The position numbers were made by a program, and so were the translations under genes. A stretch of DNA of 64,000 nt from Plasmodiophora brassicae (lineage: Eukaryota): positions 1,364,001 to 1,428,000 of the forward strand of contig CP145411.1 in assembly GCA_036867785.1 (NCBI GenBank), in the 5' to 3' direction. This document shows, piece by piece, positions 1-11,921 of this stretch. The notes beneath the pieces were generated by a model. The model saw nothing but the letters and a program-made list of their open reading frames with translations, ran no database searches and was not told where the DNA came from. Position 1 is the first letter of the stretch, and each line of letters opens with the position of its first letter.

Positions 1-1775
1 CTTCCCCAGGGATCCGAGGGTGAATCCGAACCTGTCCGACACCCGAATACGCGGACGGGAGTCGACATCTGCGAAATTGATCTGGACCCGCCTTAGCGAG
101 CCGTCGACTGGAGACGACTCGATTGACCCAAACAGCGTCCAAGCCATTAGGAACGGGTCGCTGCCTGCGCTATGGAGTTAGAGATGCACACAGTTGAAGG
201 CAGTCACAAACCATCAGGTGCTGTCGCCCCGGGCTGAAACGGCCGATGAAGTCTGTTGGACGGATAATGGTCAAAGACTTCTGATTCATCGTCGGCCATG
301 TCATCGCCGGGCTCGCCGTCATGTTCATCGTCTTCACCATCTCGCTCAGCACGTCCATCGCGCTTCCACAAACGAGGGCGCTTCCTATCGTTATCTTTTT
401 CTGGAGACGTTTCTTCCATGGAGGTGTCATTACCACTCCGAAGATCCTCGTCGTCCCCATCGTCGTCTTCCCGGACACGACTTTTGTCACGCTTGCCATC
501 CCTGGAAACCTCACTTAGACAGAGCAGCACATCATGTAAAATGCCATACACAGGAACAGCACGCTGCTTCTCTGCGAGGTTCTCAACAGGGCCTTCGGAT
601 ACCAGATCTTTCCATAAGCACAGGTTTCCCATAGTTGTCAGGTAGGCGACATGCGTGTCAGTCGGACACCACCCGATGCCCTGTGAAGATACGATAAGGG
701 CCCTCAGTTCGCAACGCAAAGCGCAACGCTTCAGACCGCGCACAAATCGACAGTCTCCTTCGTTGTAATCAGCGATCCCGTGAAAGCATTCCAAACAGCA
801 ATCTTGCGATCCATTCCAGCAGTGGCAATGTAGCGTCCACAGCGGGACCAGCGAACGATCGACACCTGGGACTGCGTCAGCGAAGCGCACAGGAGGCCGC
901 ATGACCAGACCGACATGATCAGTATGGCCACCCGTCAGCTTGACTGTTGTCTTCCATTTGCCGCCGACGCGTTCCATAATAACGGCATCCGTTCGGGCGG
1001 GTGCTGCTAGCTTCTGGCCACACCAGTCAAGCGACATGGCCTCATCCGAGTCGAACGCGGTTTTAGCCATGACAAAGCTGTCGTGCTCTTTGAAGTCGGC
1101 CCTGTCGCTGACGTTCCATATGAAAACGCGGCCGTCGACGCCCGCTGACGCCAGCAGTTCCCCAGATTCGTCGAAGGTGACGAACTTCACAGGGCATTTG
1201 TGTCCCGACAGCAAACGCACTTCCGACCGTTGCTCCAAGTTCACGAGTTTGATGTCAACCTCGCTGTTGAACACATCGGTGAACAATGATCCGACACACG
1301 CCTCTGCGGAAACGTACTCGCCGGCGACGGCCAGCCACGTTGATGACGCGTCGAAGGCCACCGACTTAACGTCACCAATGAGTCTTGTCGCGCAGAAGCT
1401 GAACGTCGGCTCCGTGAACCCCGAACCGAACTCGAACACGTTCACGCCATGCCCGGCGGCACACGCGAATCGATGACCCTGCACAGGAACACTCGGCGTC
1501 GAGACCCAGCAAACGCGCACGCGGTACATACATCGCGTTGGAATGCAATGGCAGCGACCGGATCCATTCCGTCCTCCATCTGGACCGACTCCGACATCGT
1601 TTCGACGGCGAACCCCTTGACAACGGCGTCAATCCCGCCCGTGAACACGAACCTGGGGAGCCACGATCACGTCCCGGTCCCGTCGCCTGCGACGCATGCG
1701 CCGATACCTGCCCTGCGGGTGCCATGCGAGGGCGCCCGGCCCCGCCGCATGGGCGAACACGCCGCTCGACGTCAT
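1..1775 (-). CDS. WDHD1: WD40/SepB replisome factor Ctf4/AND-1 (multi-exon, runs off window start)
   Basis: N-terminal WD40 repeats (LLSGHKCPVKFVTFDESGELLASAGVDGRVFIWNV), an acidic linker, then the Ctf4-type PFQPGAT motif. After an intron comes SepB-like FLMAWTLFGSI...VQINFAD. ATG at 1775, GT-AG introns. Confidence 0.85.
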
Positions 1776-2084
1776 GCGCTGCGTCTGCTGCTGCGGTCGC
1801 GCGCGTCGGAGACCGGGGTCACCCCAGACGAAAATGCCGCTGACTCGCGCCCCGCCGCGCCCTGTCCATTGCTCGCGTGCACATACCCACTCGGACGTCC
1901 TTGCATATAAATGTATATAACATAGTAGGTGTATATACGAATGCGGATTCGAAACGACCTGCGCGATGGGCGCAACACCATAACCTGTCGGCCGCATCAT
2001 AGGTCGGGGCGCTGAAATCGGGCTCCGATCGGAGGTGACGGTCGCCTTCCGATCCATCTCCGAATTCCGGGCTAGGCGCTCGGT

Positions 2085-3924
2085 ATGGCGAGGGACAGCA
2101 AGACGAACGCCAGGAGGCGCACCGCAGCCGGCGTAAGCGCACCACAGAAACGACCCGACGGTGAGCCCAACGGCAAGGCCGACCGTACTGGAGGTAAAGC
2201 GCGATCACGCTGTTACCTATTTCACGAGCGGTGACGTGCATTGCAGAGTATGAAACGTTGCTGAGAAGCAGGCTTGACCGTTTGCATGCGCTAGTCTATG
2301 GCGAACGTGGTGGTGCGTCCGGTGGGCAGAAAAAGGTTGGCCGTAAACCTCGAACACGGAGATGTGTCGCTAACGTCGGTCATGAATAGACGTCCAGTAT
2401 TACGAGTCTGTTCAAGGCTGCCCTAAAGACTGGTGGACGGTCACGGGCTGTCGCGAACGGCATCGGATATGGTGGATGGTCGTCGTTTGATGCCAGAACG
2501 ATGGTGAAATCGGAGACGAAGATGAGCGGTCAGGTGTCCAAACTGCTCGACGAGATCACAAGCCAACTGTCTAGCATGGACGACGAGGCGAACATTGACG
2601 GAATCTGCGACCTGCTTACAGACGGGAGCATTCTGTCCATCGTTCGAATCATGCTCTGTTCGGATTCACTCGTCGCGATCGACTCGTATCGCAAAGCCCA
2701 TGTGTCGGGTAGGATACCCTTGCCATAACGCGTCGGTGACGAATGGTAACGGTTTGCACCCCAGCGCTTGCGTTCTCGAAGATTATAGGCGAACGCTCTG
2801 AGTTGGCCTCTGTTGGATCGGCGAGGGTGATTGCGACGCCCACCGGGTGGAAATGCCTGTGGGACGTAATCGGCGACGTTGAGAGAATCGCAACGTCCGC
2901 CCACAACATGTACGCTAAAGACGAGACTGAAACTTACATCCACTCCATGCAGGTCGCCAGGGAGATCTTGTCTCAGGTATTGTATCTTCTGATGCGGATC
3001 CGCTCGTGGGCGAAATACCGACCGATCGCACAGGTGGAACTTCCGAGCGACCCACCGGAAACGGAATCGACACAGGAACGGCCTGTTGAGCAGGATATCG
3101 CTGCGCAGTACTGCCTGGAAATGTCTCGTCACAAGTTCGGCCTGGTGCCGCACTTTAGAAACCACCATTTCGCAAAGGGCGCACCAAACTCGGGGAGCAT
3201 ACCTCCAGCTGTCTGCAAACGCTTGTCGAAGGAATATGCTTCGCTGGAGCACTCACTACCAGTCACCTTTGACTCCTCGATTCTCGTCCGCGCTTCAGAG
3301 CAGAACTTGTGTTTGGCAAAGGTTTTGATTTTCGCGCCGCCGAACACGCCGTATGCCAATGGGGCATTCGGATTCGACGTCATGTTCCCCCAAAACTATC
3401 CGAACGTACCGCCTAAGGTGCACTTCCTGACCACCGGACGGAATACATTCCGGTTCGGCAACTCCCCAAATGTCAGACGTACGTGCTTGAACTCACGTAC
3501 CCACAGGTTTAACCCGAATCTGTACGATAATGGGTACGTTTGCCTGTCCCTGTTGGGAACCTGGTCCGGACGCTCGTCCGAGACCTGGAGCCCGGAGACG
3601 TCCACGTTTCTTCAAGTCGTGATATCTCTTCAATCGATGGTGCTTGGCGTCCCGGAACCGTACTACAATGAGCCAGGATACGAGAACCACCCCAAGCCGT
3701 CTGCGTCCTCTGCGTACAACAAGAACATCTACCCGAACACAATGCGCTTCGCCATCGGGGAGCAGATACGGAACCCGTGCGACGAGTTTCGCGATGCCAT
3801 TCGCACCCACTTTCACCGGAAGTCGCACATCATCGAGAAGCAGGCCCAGGCCTGGGGCACTGGCGGCGACAGAACCGGCGCCCTGTCGGCCCTCAGGTCG
3901 CTTGCCAAGGAGATGGCCGCATGA
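2085..3924 (+). CDS. Ubiquitin-conjugating enzyme, BIRC6/UBE2O-type UBC domain (multi-exon)
   Basis: KVLIFAPPNTPYANGAFGFDVMFPQNYPNVPPKV...RFNPNLYDNGYVCLSLLGTW...EPYYNEPGYE. Start position is inferred. Confidence 0.85.
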
Positions 3925-4178
3925 GGTGTAGTTCCAGAGCACGTGTAACGACTGCGTGCACGACTTTATGCAAATGAATAAAACTTCGAACATCACGTCT
4001 TGGACTTGGCCTCCAACGTGTCGTGGACGGCGGCGTGCAAAAAACAATGAACGAGGTGCCCCCAGGCCCCGGTGCCGGTGGGACTGGGCGGTCCCCGTCC
4101 GACCGACCGACCGACCGTCTGAGAGTCCACGCGGACCGGCGCATCCTCTGACAAGACGTGAGGCCATCGGGTGAATTC

Positions 4179-5498
4179 ATGGCACAATGGGGCCCGGCCG
4201 GATGGGCGCTGCTGGTCTGCTTGATCGTATGCACGGACGGGGCGGCGTTCCTGACCTGGTTCGATCGGGGGCAGCCGACCCCCGGGCCAACTCGGTCCGG
4301 GTACCTGCCAGTCGACGAGCACAACCAGACGACAGACGCGCTGTTCTTCGTCTTCTACGAGGCGCGCGTCATCTCTAGCGACCCGACCCCGATTATCCTC
4401 TTCCTGCAAGGCGGACCCGGGTGCGCCAGCACCTTCGGCGACCTGTACGAGATGGGGCCGTACCGTGCTGTGAAACCCCCTGCAGGTGGGGCCACGACCT
4501 TAACGGAGAACCCGTTCTCGTGGGCAAACAACGCCGCCATGCTATTCATCGATGCGCCCCTGGGCACCGGGTTCAGTTTCTGCGACGATGACGCCATCCC
4601 ACGTGATGGGCGGACCGCCACCCTGCACCTGTACAACGCCCTACAGCACTTCTTCCGGGTCAACCGCTACCTGCAGACGCGCCCGCTCTTCATTGTCGGC
4701 GAGAGCTATGGTGCCAAGTTCGCTGCGCGACTCGCCGACCTCGCCGAGAGGAAGCGGGAAGGGCCTGACGCGCCGCTGTTCGCCGTGGCCGGCGTCGGCC
4801 TGGGCGACGGCCTCGTCGCTCCCGACATCCAGATCGGGGAGCAGGCCGACACGGCCAGTGCGTTCGGCCTGTTGTCCCCCAGCGATTTCCAGAGCGTGTT
4901 CGCGAAGCAGGAGGCTGTCCTGAGGCACATCGAGCGGGGTGAGTGGCTGCAAGCATCCCAGCTGCGGCAGGACATGCTCCAGCAGATCGTGAAGGCTGGC
5001 GCTGCGGCGACGTTGCTCGACGTGAGACGTGACGTCAAGTACGATGCGGACCAGGTCGTCCAGACGTACCTTAACACGACCGCGGCTCGCGAACGGAACG
5101 GCGCCCGTCCCGGTCCTGAATTCCTCGAGTGCAACCCGAAGGTGGACAGCGCCCTGGCGGAAGATCGCATGCAAAGCGCACTGGATTCGGTCGAGTTCCT
5201 CCTGCGCCAAGGCATCCCCGTCTTGGCGTACCAGGGGCAGTTTGACGCCCAGGACGGCGTTCTCGTGTCGACACGCTGGCTGGACGCCCTGTCGTGGGAC
5301 GGCGCCGACGCATTCCGTTCGGCCACCAAGTCGTACATGACGGTCGCCGGGCGACCTGCCCTGATAACGCGCCAGGTCGCCCACCTACGCCACGTCGTCG
5401 TTCGCGGCGCCGGCCACATGGTCCCGCACGACCAGCCCGAAGCCGCCAGGGCCATGATCGACGACTGGATCGCGTCCATCCGCTCGGCCAGCGCCTAA
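4179..5498 (+). CDS. Secreted serine carboxypeptidase (peptidase S10)
   Basis: Signal-peptide-like N-terminus; LQGGPGCAS, FIDAPLGTGFS, GESYG nucleophile, GAGHMVPHDQP. Single exon. Confidence 0.95.
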   Translation: MAQWGPAGWALLVCLIVCTDGAAFLTWFDRGQPTPGPTRSGYLPVDEHNQTTDALFFVFYEARVISSDPTPIILFLQGGPGCASTFGDLYEMGPYRAVKPPAGGATTLTENPFSWANNAAMLFIDAPLGTGFSFCDDDAIPRDGRTATLHLYNALQHFFRVNRYLQTRPLFIVGESYGAKFAARLADLAERKREGPDAPLFAVAGVGLGDGLVAPDIQIGEQADTASAFGLLSPSDFQSVFAKQEAVLRHIERGEWLQASQLRQDMLQQIVKAGAAATLLDVRRDVKYDADQVVQTYLNTTAARERNGARPGPEFLECNPKVDSALAEDRMQSALDSVEFLLRQGIPVLAYQGQFDAQDGVLVSTRWLDALSWDGADAFRSATKSYMTVAGRPALITRQVAHLRHVVVRGAGHMVPHDQPEAARAMIDDWIASIRSASA

Positions 5499-5540
5499 AT
5501 TTTAATAATCCAAATCACCGCCCCCTGTCAGGAGACCGCT

Positions 5541-5630
5541 GTCGCAGTTCTCGGAACTGCACGCTTCCCGACTGGCGTCGAGCGCGTCGCAGTTCTCGGA
5601 ACTGCACGCTTCCCGACTGGCGTCGAGCGA
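5541..5630. repeat. Two tandem 45-bp units, each containing a GCAGTTC-TCG-GAACTGC hairpin
   Basis: 5541-5585 and 5586-5630 are identical apart from the last base. Confidence 0.9.
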
Positions 5631-5671
5631 GTCGCTGCCGACACGGGCGTCATTTTTGTTTGTGGGGCGGG

Positions 5672-7590
5672 ATGTTGCGTCCACATCACGACCAGGCGTT
5701 GCCGACGGTGACCGCGACGCCCGGGCAGACGTTCGCCATCGACCGCGCCGGCTGCCGGTCCGTGCACCGGACGGCGGATGACTTCGAGGCGATACGTCGG
5801 GTTCTTCAGACGCGATACGATTTCCGGGTGGGGCGTTGCGCGTCCTGGCCGCGATAGGGGGGGATTACTGATCCCCGGGCGCTCGTCCAGGAACCGATCT
5901 TGTCTGCTGGTAGCGGTGCGGCGGTGGGCATGCAGGCCTGGCTGCAGAAGGCGCTGACATCGCCGCTGACGCGGTCGTCACCAGAACTGAGACGATTCCT
6001 CGAACCGGACTCTGCCGACAGCGAGGATGACATTGATGCAGACCTGGACGACGCGCTCGGCAATCTGTCTGTAGACGAGGACCTTGACAAGGAGATCAAG
6101 CAGTCGCTGTCTGTGCCGACAGTACCAGCTAGCCTAGATGACTTCCAGCTTCTGAAGGTCATCGGGAAGGGCGCGTTTGGCAAGGTCATGCTGGTTCGGT
6201 CAAAGAGCGATCCTAAGCAAGTCAGTGGGGTTTGCTCCAGTCGCCCCGTGCTCCTGACTGACAGATACCACATCAGCTGTTCGCATTGAAACAGCTGGAC
6301 AAGAGCAAGGTGCGAAACAAGGGTCAGTCAGAGCACGCAATGACCGAGAGAAACATCTTGGAGTACATACGGTACATCGCAATCGCTGCAAATATGAATG
6401 TCTACTGACGTTGCCCTGTTCCAGGCACCCATTTATTGTCACAATGCGAGGTGCCTTCCAAACCGAATCAAAACTGTCGGTCTCTATTGCACTGGTGATT
6501 TGTTATTGTACGTCTCACTTTCGACAGGTTCATCGTTCTAGATTACTGCGCTGGCGGGGAGCTGTTCTTCCACCTGCAGCGCATGGGGACGTTCAGTGAA
6601 GAGCTCGCTCGATTCTACACAGCTCAGTTGGTTCTCGCAATCGAGTACCTTCACGAACTCGGCATTGTCTTCAGGGTTGCAAGTCCTTGAGAATGATGCG
6701 CACGCTCTGAGCTGACCGTGTCTGCAGGACCTGAAGCTGGAAAACGTCCTGCTGGATGCAAAAGGTATCCGAGAACCTGGGCTTGCAAACGTTTCTGCTG
6801 ACAGTGGTTGTCAGGAAACATTCAACTAACCGACTTTGGCTTATCGAAGGAAGGCGTTGCCGACAACGTGTCAGCACGATCCTTCTGTGGCACCCCAGAG
6901 GTGACTAGGTGATGCAGTATATATGGGGCGGCCTGTCACTGACACTGACGCAGTACTTGGCTCCAGAGGTCCTGACTGGGACTGGCTATGGTCGCGCTGC
7001 GGATTGGTGGAGTCTCGGGACCCTTCTGTTTGAGATGCTGACTGGGTTGCCTCCGTTTTACGCGAAGGACTCGAAGCAACTGTTCCAGAGGATACTGACG
7101 TCGAGACTGCGTTTGCCATACCATGTGTCTCCCGAGGCAGGGGATCTCCTACAGGTACTCACATATGATAACCTTGCGCAGTCATCGTTACATGTCTGAT
7201 TTGCCCGACCTACTCAGCGTCTGTTGAGCCGAAACGTGGAGTCCCGCATAGGAAGCAGTGACGATGATGCCCGTGAGATCAAACAACGTCCGTATCGATG
7301 TCAGGTATCGGTGGAACTGTGGTGTAACTTAACGATCCTTGGAATCAGACTGCTTCTTCGCTGGAATTGACTGGGACTTGCTTCTCGCGAAGGAGGTCCC
7401 CCCTCCTTTCAATCCTTGTGATGGACTCGCGCCTGACGATACGTCCAACTTTGACATCGACTTCACAAATCTGCCGGTTGCCTCCACTGACCTTGCGTCG
7501 GGGTCCTTCGTGAAAGATGTTGACCCAGATCTGTCCAACTCGTTGAGCGACTTCCCCTTCCCGCTGAACCCTGCTTCCGGCCAGCGTTGA
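5672..7590 (+). CDS. AGC-family Ser/Thr kinase (SGK/S6K-like) with degenerate N-terminal PX-like domain (multi-exon)
   Basis: LKVIGKGAFGKV, RDLKLENVLLD, LTDFGL, SFCGTPEYLAPE, DWWSLG and an AGC tail (PPFNP...DTSNFDIDF). N-terminal VHRTADDFEAIRR...SPELRRFL resembles PX. Confidence 0.9.
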
Positions 7591-7669
7591 ATCACCGGCG
7601 TGACTCAACACTGAACATGTAGATATATAGCGCTAATATCGCTCCTGTCAGACACAATTACTTATCTCG

Positions 7670-8326
7670 ATGGGCCCCTCTCGAATTGTCGTCCTAACGG
7701 TTGCCCTCGCAATCATCGCCAACGGGGTTAGCGCTTCAAAGAACCTTGACCAGATCAGCAGCGACGACGGCGCCAGGAATGGCGGACCAAGTGACGAATC
7801 AGTCTCGGTGGCCAGTGAATCCGTCAGCGCTTCGACGCGTTCGACTAACGCAGGATCATCGAGAGCGTCCAGCAATCTGCAGCGAAAGGTGCCGGCCTCG
7901 TCAAAGTCCCAAAGCGCTGGCTCCGGTGGCGAACCGGCGGCGAGCGGCGTTAGTAGTGATGGCAACAAACAAGTCGTCGCCCAGTCATCCAGTTTGGAAG
8001 GCCTGAAGAAGGACGACATTAAGAAGCTGTTCGGCGGGGGTAAGTCGAAACCGAAGAGGAAGAGCGCTGTTTCAGCAGGAAAGCGGCAACGGCAGGCGTC
8101 GGGTGCACCGGCCAGTTCAGGCGCGAAGAAGAAGGCAGCGCCTAGCAAGCCAGTCGATCGCGATCACAGTGCCAGCACAGCCCGGCAGATGTTCGAGGGT
8201 TTGACAGGCGGTATGTTTGGCATGGGACGACGTCACACCGGCCCTGACGACATCTTGGGCGACGGCGACGATGATGCCAGTGCTGGCGGCGGTGGCGCCA
8301 TGCCTGGATTCGGCTTCGGATTCTAA
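7670..8326 (+). CDS. Putative secreted Ser/Gly/Lys-rich protein
   Basis: Single 218-aa ORF with hydrophobic signal peptide (MGPSRIVVLTVALAIIANGVSA) and a low-complexity body. Confidence 0.7.
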   Translation: MGPSRIVVLTVALAIIANGVSASKNLDQISSDDGARNGGPSDESVSVASESVSASTRSTNAGSSRASSNLQRKVPASSKSQSAGSGGEPAASGVSSDGNKQVVAQSSSLEGLKKDDIKKLFGGGKSKPKRKSAVSAGKRQRQASGAPASSGAKKKAAPSKPVDRDHSASTARQMFEGLTGGMFGMGRRHTGPDDILGDGDDDASAGGGGAMPGFGFGF

Positions 8327-8909
8327 CGGTAATCACAGGTGGCGCAAATACAAACATATCTGGAATCTAGAGTTCAGTACTGACGACGTCGGTGCCTGGC
8401 CTGCAAGCTTGTATGGATGAGGATCGCTGTGGATAGCACCAGCCCGGCTAGCGCCACCGCGACTGGAACAATATCTGCACTGACAGTCAGTTGGTCCCGC
8501 TAGTACGCGCGCTCGTTTGAACAGACCAAGGCACCTGCCGTCGCGGTCGCCGCTGCAAGCAAAGAATCAGTCCCATGCAATTACAGCCGAATGAACAAGA
8601 CGCACAACCGGTCGTGGGTTCCTATGCCTGGTGGCCCGACCCCACCTGCCACGTCATCATCGTCATCAAGTCCACCTGCAAGGTGCGTTCAGGCCTGGCA
8701 GCAGTCGTCAGGGCAATGATCGTCAGACCGTGCCAGCGTGAGGCTGCCTCGCAGCATGCACGCGTCAGGATGGGGACGACGAAGGCTACGACGAGGGCGG
8801 ACGACATTAGGCGGGTCTGGGTGGATTCACAAGTTGTTTAATCGAGGAAGAATTCAGTGGCGGTGGCACTGCGGGATGGGTTTGACAGGTGGCATGGAAC
8901 GCGTCACGC

Positions 8910-9296
8910 TTATGCCCGGCGGAACTTGCCCCAGATGTGCAGCGCCACGACGAGGCCGATGAACAGCAGGCTGAGGACCAGGACGGACGTCGGGCCACTT
9001 GGCAAACGCACGCGCAGTCAATAACGATGGCATAATCGCACGGATGTCGCAGTACGAACATCTTGATCCCCGGTGTCTGATCCGAGTACAACTTCAGCAT
9101 GCCAGGCCCTCCCTGGCTGCCGCTGTCTCCGGTCCGGCGCCTGTGGAACCACACAGCCAACGTCAGCAACCAACCGATGGCGGCGCGGGTGCGCCCCGGC
9201 CCCCCGCCGACGACTCACTTGCGAATCCCGCTCTGCACGGGCAGCACGCCCCGTCAGACATCAGCGCACCACATTGCGCCCGGGCGGCCTTACCAT
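8910..9296 (-). CDS. SEC61B: Protein translocon subunit Sec61 beta (4 exons, not in ORF track)
   Basis: Spliced product MSGIRKRRTGDSGSQGGPGMLKLYSDQTPGIKIGPTSVLVLSLLFIGLVVALHIWGKFRRA matches the Sec61-beta signature. Confidence 0.92.
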
Positions 9297-9608
9297 TGTC
9301 TGGAAGAGAGAACCGGCCCGCGCACGGCAGACGACCCGACCGACTCGTCGAGTAAATAGAATGCCCGGCAAAACCGCGCCGCGCAATCACACCACAAAAA
9401 AAGCACACCCCGGGTGCAATCCGCGGCGGAATCTCCATTCTCCGGCGCCCGCGTTTTTTGCCGACCGCGGTGGCGCCGCCCGGGCCCTCCAACAGCAACC
9501 ATTCGTCAGCGTTTTTTTTCGTTTCCGTTTTCGATACGGGAGGCGGCGCAACCCGGGGCTGACGAAGAATGCGGCCGCCCAGATCGTTTTGTGGCGGGTC
9601 GTGCGACG

Positions 9609-11706
9609 ATGGCGCCACTGACCGCGATCGGCCTGGTCGCGGCGCTGATCGTGTCTGTGCGGGCGGAGGGCGAGCATTCCTATGCGGTCGGCGATAAGGT
9701 ACGCTAGGGCGCGCGCGTTCAGTGGGTGCGTGCGTGGGTTCCGATTCGACGGGTGCCGGGTAGGTTCCCGTGTATGTCGACACGATCGGGTCGTTCTACA
9801 ATCCGGCGGAGGCGTACCCGTACTACAGCCTGCCCGTATGCGCGCCATCGGAGGTGGTTGACATATCGCCGTCGTGGGGCGACCTCCTGTCCGGGAGTCG
9901 GCGCCAGACGTCCGTGTACGACATCAAGTTTGGGCAGTCTGCGAAACGACAGGTTTCTGTCATGTCAGCGTACGCTGTCGTTTGCGGTGCGTTAACGCTC
10001 CGTCTGCTAGAGTGCATGCAAGAAAACGTTGCAACCGAGCGAGGTCAAGCAGTTTATGGCAGCGATTGACAAGGACTACTCGTACAAGGTCTACGTTGAC
10101 GATCTGCCCATCTACGGGTTCTTTGGGGAGAAGGAGACGTTCCTGGTGGATTTCGGGGACCACCAGCACAACGTGACACGGTACTTCCTGTACTCGCACA
10201 TGGTGTTCACCATGGAGTTCAACGAGCATAACGTGATCACGGCTTCGATCACGGCCGACGTCGATGGCCGCGTGGAACTCAAGGAGTCGCAGACCGAGCC
10301 GCTGACGGTCGACCTCACATACAGCACCGAATGGGAGGAGACGTCCGGCAAGTTCGCGGATCGCATCTCGCTGCATTCGAACCATATCTGGAGCGACCAG
10401 TCGATGAATATCCACTGGCTGTCCATCATCAACTCGTTCATCCTGGTCCTGCTGCTGACGGTGTTCCTGGCCATCATTGTCCTTCGTGTCCTCAGGAACG
10501 ACTTTGCGCGGTACAGCGACGCCGACGACGAACTCCTTCCTCTGGAGGGGTCCGTCGACGAGTCTGGCTGGAAGCAAGTCCACGGCGACGTGTTCCGCTT
10601 CCCCACGAGACCGATGCTGTTCAGTGCGCTCATCGGCAATGGCACACACCTGTTCACCTGGCTGTGTATCTTGCTGCTGGCCTCCTTGTCTGGTGCGTTC
10701 TCCATCGACAGCCACGGCGGGTTTTACTCCACTGCCATTCTCGCGTTTGCTGTGACAGCGCCTATCGCTGGCTTCGTTTCCGCCTACCTGTACGCCCAGA
10801 TCGCCGGTGACCAGAAGTGGGCCACCAATGCCGTCCTCACTGCCGGCCTGTTCTTTGCACCACTCGCGGCCGTCTTCCTGACGCTGAACATGGTCGCATC
10901 CGCGTACGGGTCTCTTGTCGCTGTGCCCTTCTTCACCGTCTTTGGGCTGATCCTCTTGTGGATGCTGGTCGTTTTCCCGTTGACGGTCGTCGGGGCGATG
11001 CGCGGGCGAACGCTCGCGAAACCGTTCGACGCCCCGTGCAAGACGAACCGCGTACAGCGCGAAATCCCGCCTTCGCCCTGGTACCAGACGAAGCTGGCAA
11101 CCGGGTTCATGGGCGGGTTTCTGCCGTTCTCGGCCATCTACATTGGTATGCGTGCTGTACGGCTGCGGTGAACGGCAGCACGCTGACCTTACTGTTTGCC
11201 ATGCAGAGATGCATTACATCTTTGCTGCGGTCTGGGGCCACCAAGTCTACCGGCTGTTCGGCATGCTCGTTCTAGCGTTCGTCATGCTGGTCCTGGTGAC
11301 GTCGTTCATCACAGTATCGTGCGTGCCGATTCCGTGTCCTTCTAGCAGCGACGACGTGCTGAATGTGCTGGCCATAGGTTGACCTACTTCCAGCTAGCGC
11401 ACGAGAACTACCTGTGGTGGTGGTCGTCGTTTATCAACGGCGGCGCGAGCGGCGCTTTCGTCTTTGCCTACTCGGTGTTCTACTATTTCTCGAGGTTACT
11501 CTATTCACGGAACGTCGTGCGATGCTGCCGCGCAGACGATGACGGCTGCATTTAGATCATCAATGTCGGGCGGCCTGCAGGCCTCGTTCTTCTTTGGCTA
11601 TATGCTGATCGTGTCGCTGGCGTTTTCCCTGATCATGGGCACCATCGGCTTCATGTCGTCCCTGCCGTTCGTGCGCTACATTTACGCGAGCATCAAGTCG
11701 GACTGA
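9609..11706 (+). CDS. Transmembrane 9 superfamily (EMP70/nonaspanin) protein (multi-exon)
   Basis: Signal peptide, YPYYSLPVC, IHWLSIINS, ESGWKQVHGDVFRFP, GGFLPFSAIYIE, ENYLWWWSSF, C-terminal IYASIKSD. Confidence 0.95.
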
Positions 11707-11921
11707 CCTGGCCCGCCCCCCCGCATCCCGCCACACGCTAATACACACGTCGCCACTGTACTTATTATCCGGTTCGTCCCCGCCTGCCGACGTGGAGCTG
11801 CAGTGGCGCGCGCACCCCCTGCAGCACACGGTGCGGACTGCAGCCAGGTGTTACATAATGGGAAGGTGCGGTTCGCCAGTCACGAAGAACTCCGCAGCCG
11901 CCACTGTCCGTTGCAAAGGTC

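Noticed and set aside
4099-4117. (CCGA)n microsatellite, and similarly (CCCAGT/C) repeats near 32913-32935
   Set aside because: Short simple repeats; not telomeric arrays and no evidence of function.
5541-5630. CRISPR-like palindromic repeat
   Set aside because: Only two abutting copies with no unique spacers, no cas genes, and a eukaryotic context.
8575-8841. Small ORFs between the secreted protein and Sec61-beta
   Set aside because: No convincing gene model or homology could be built by eye.
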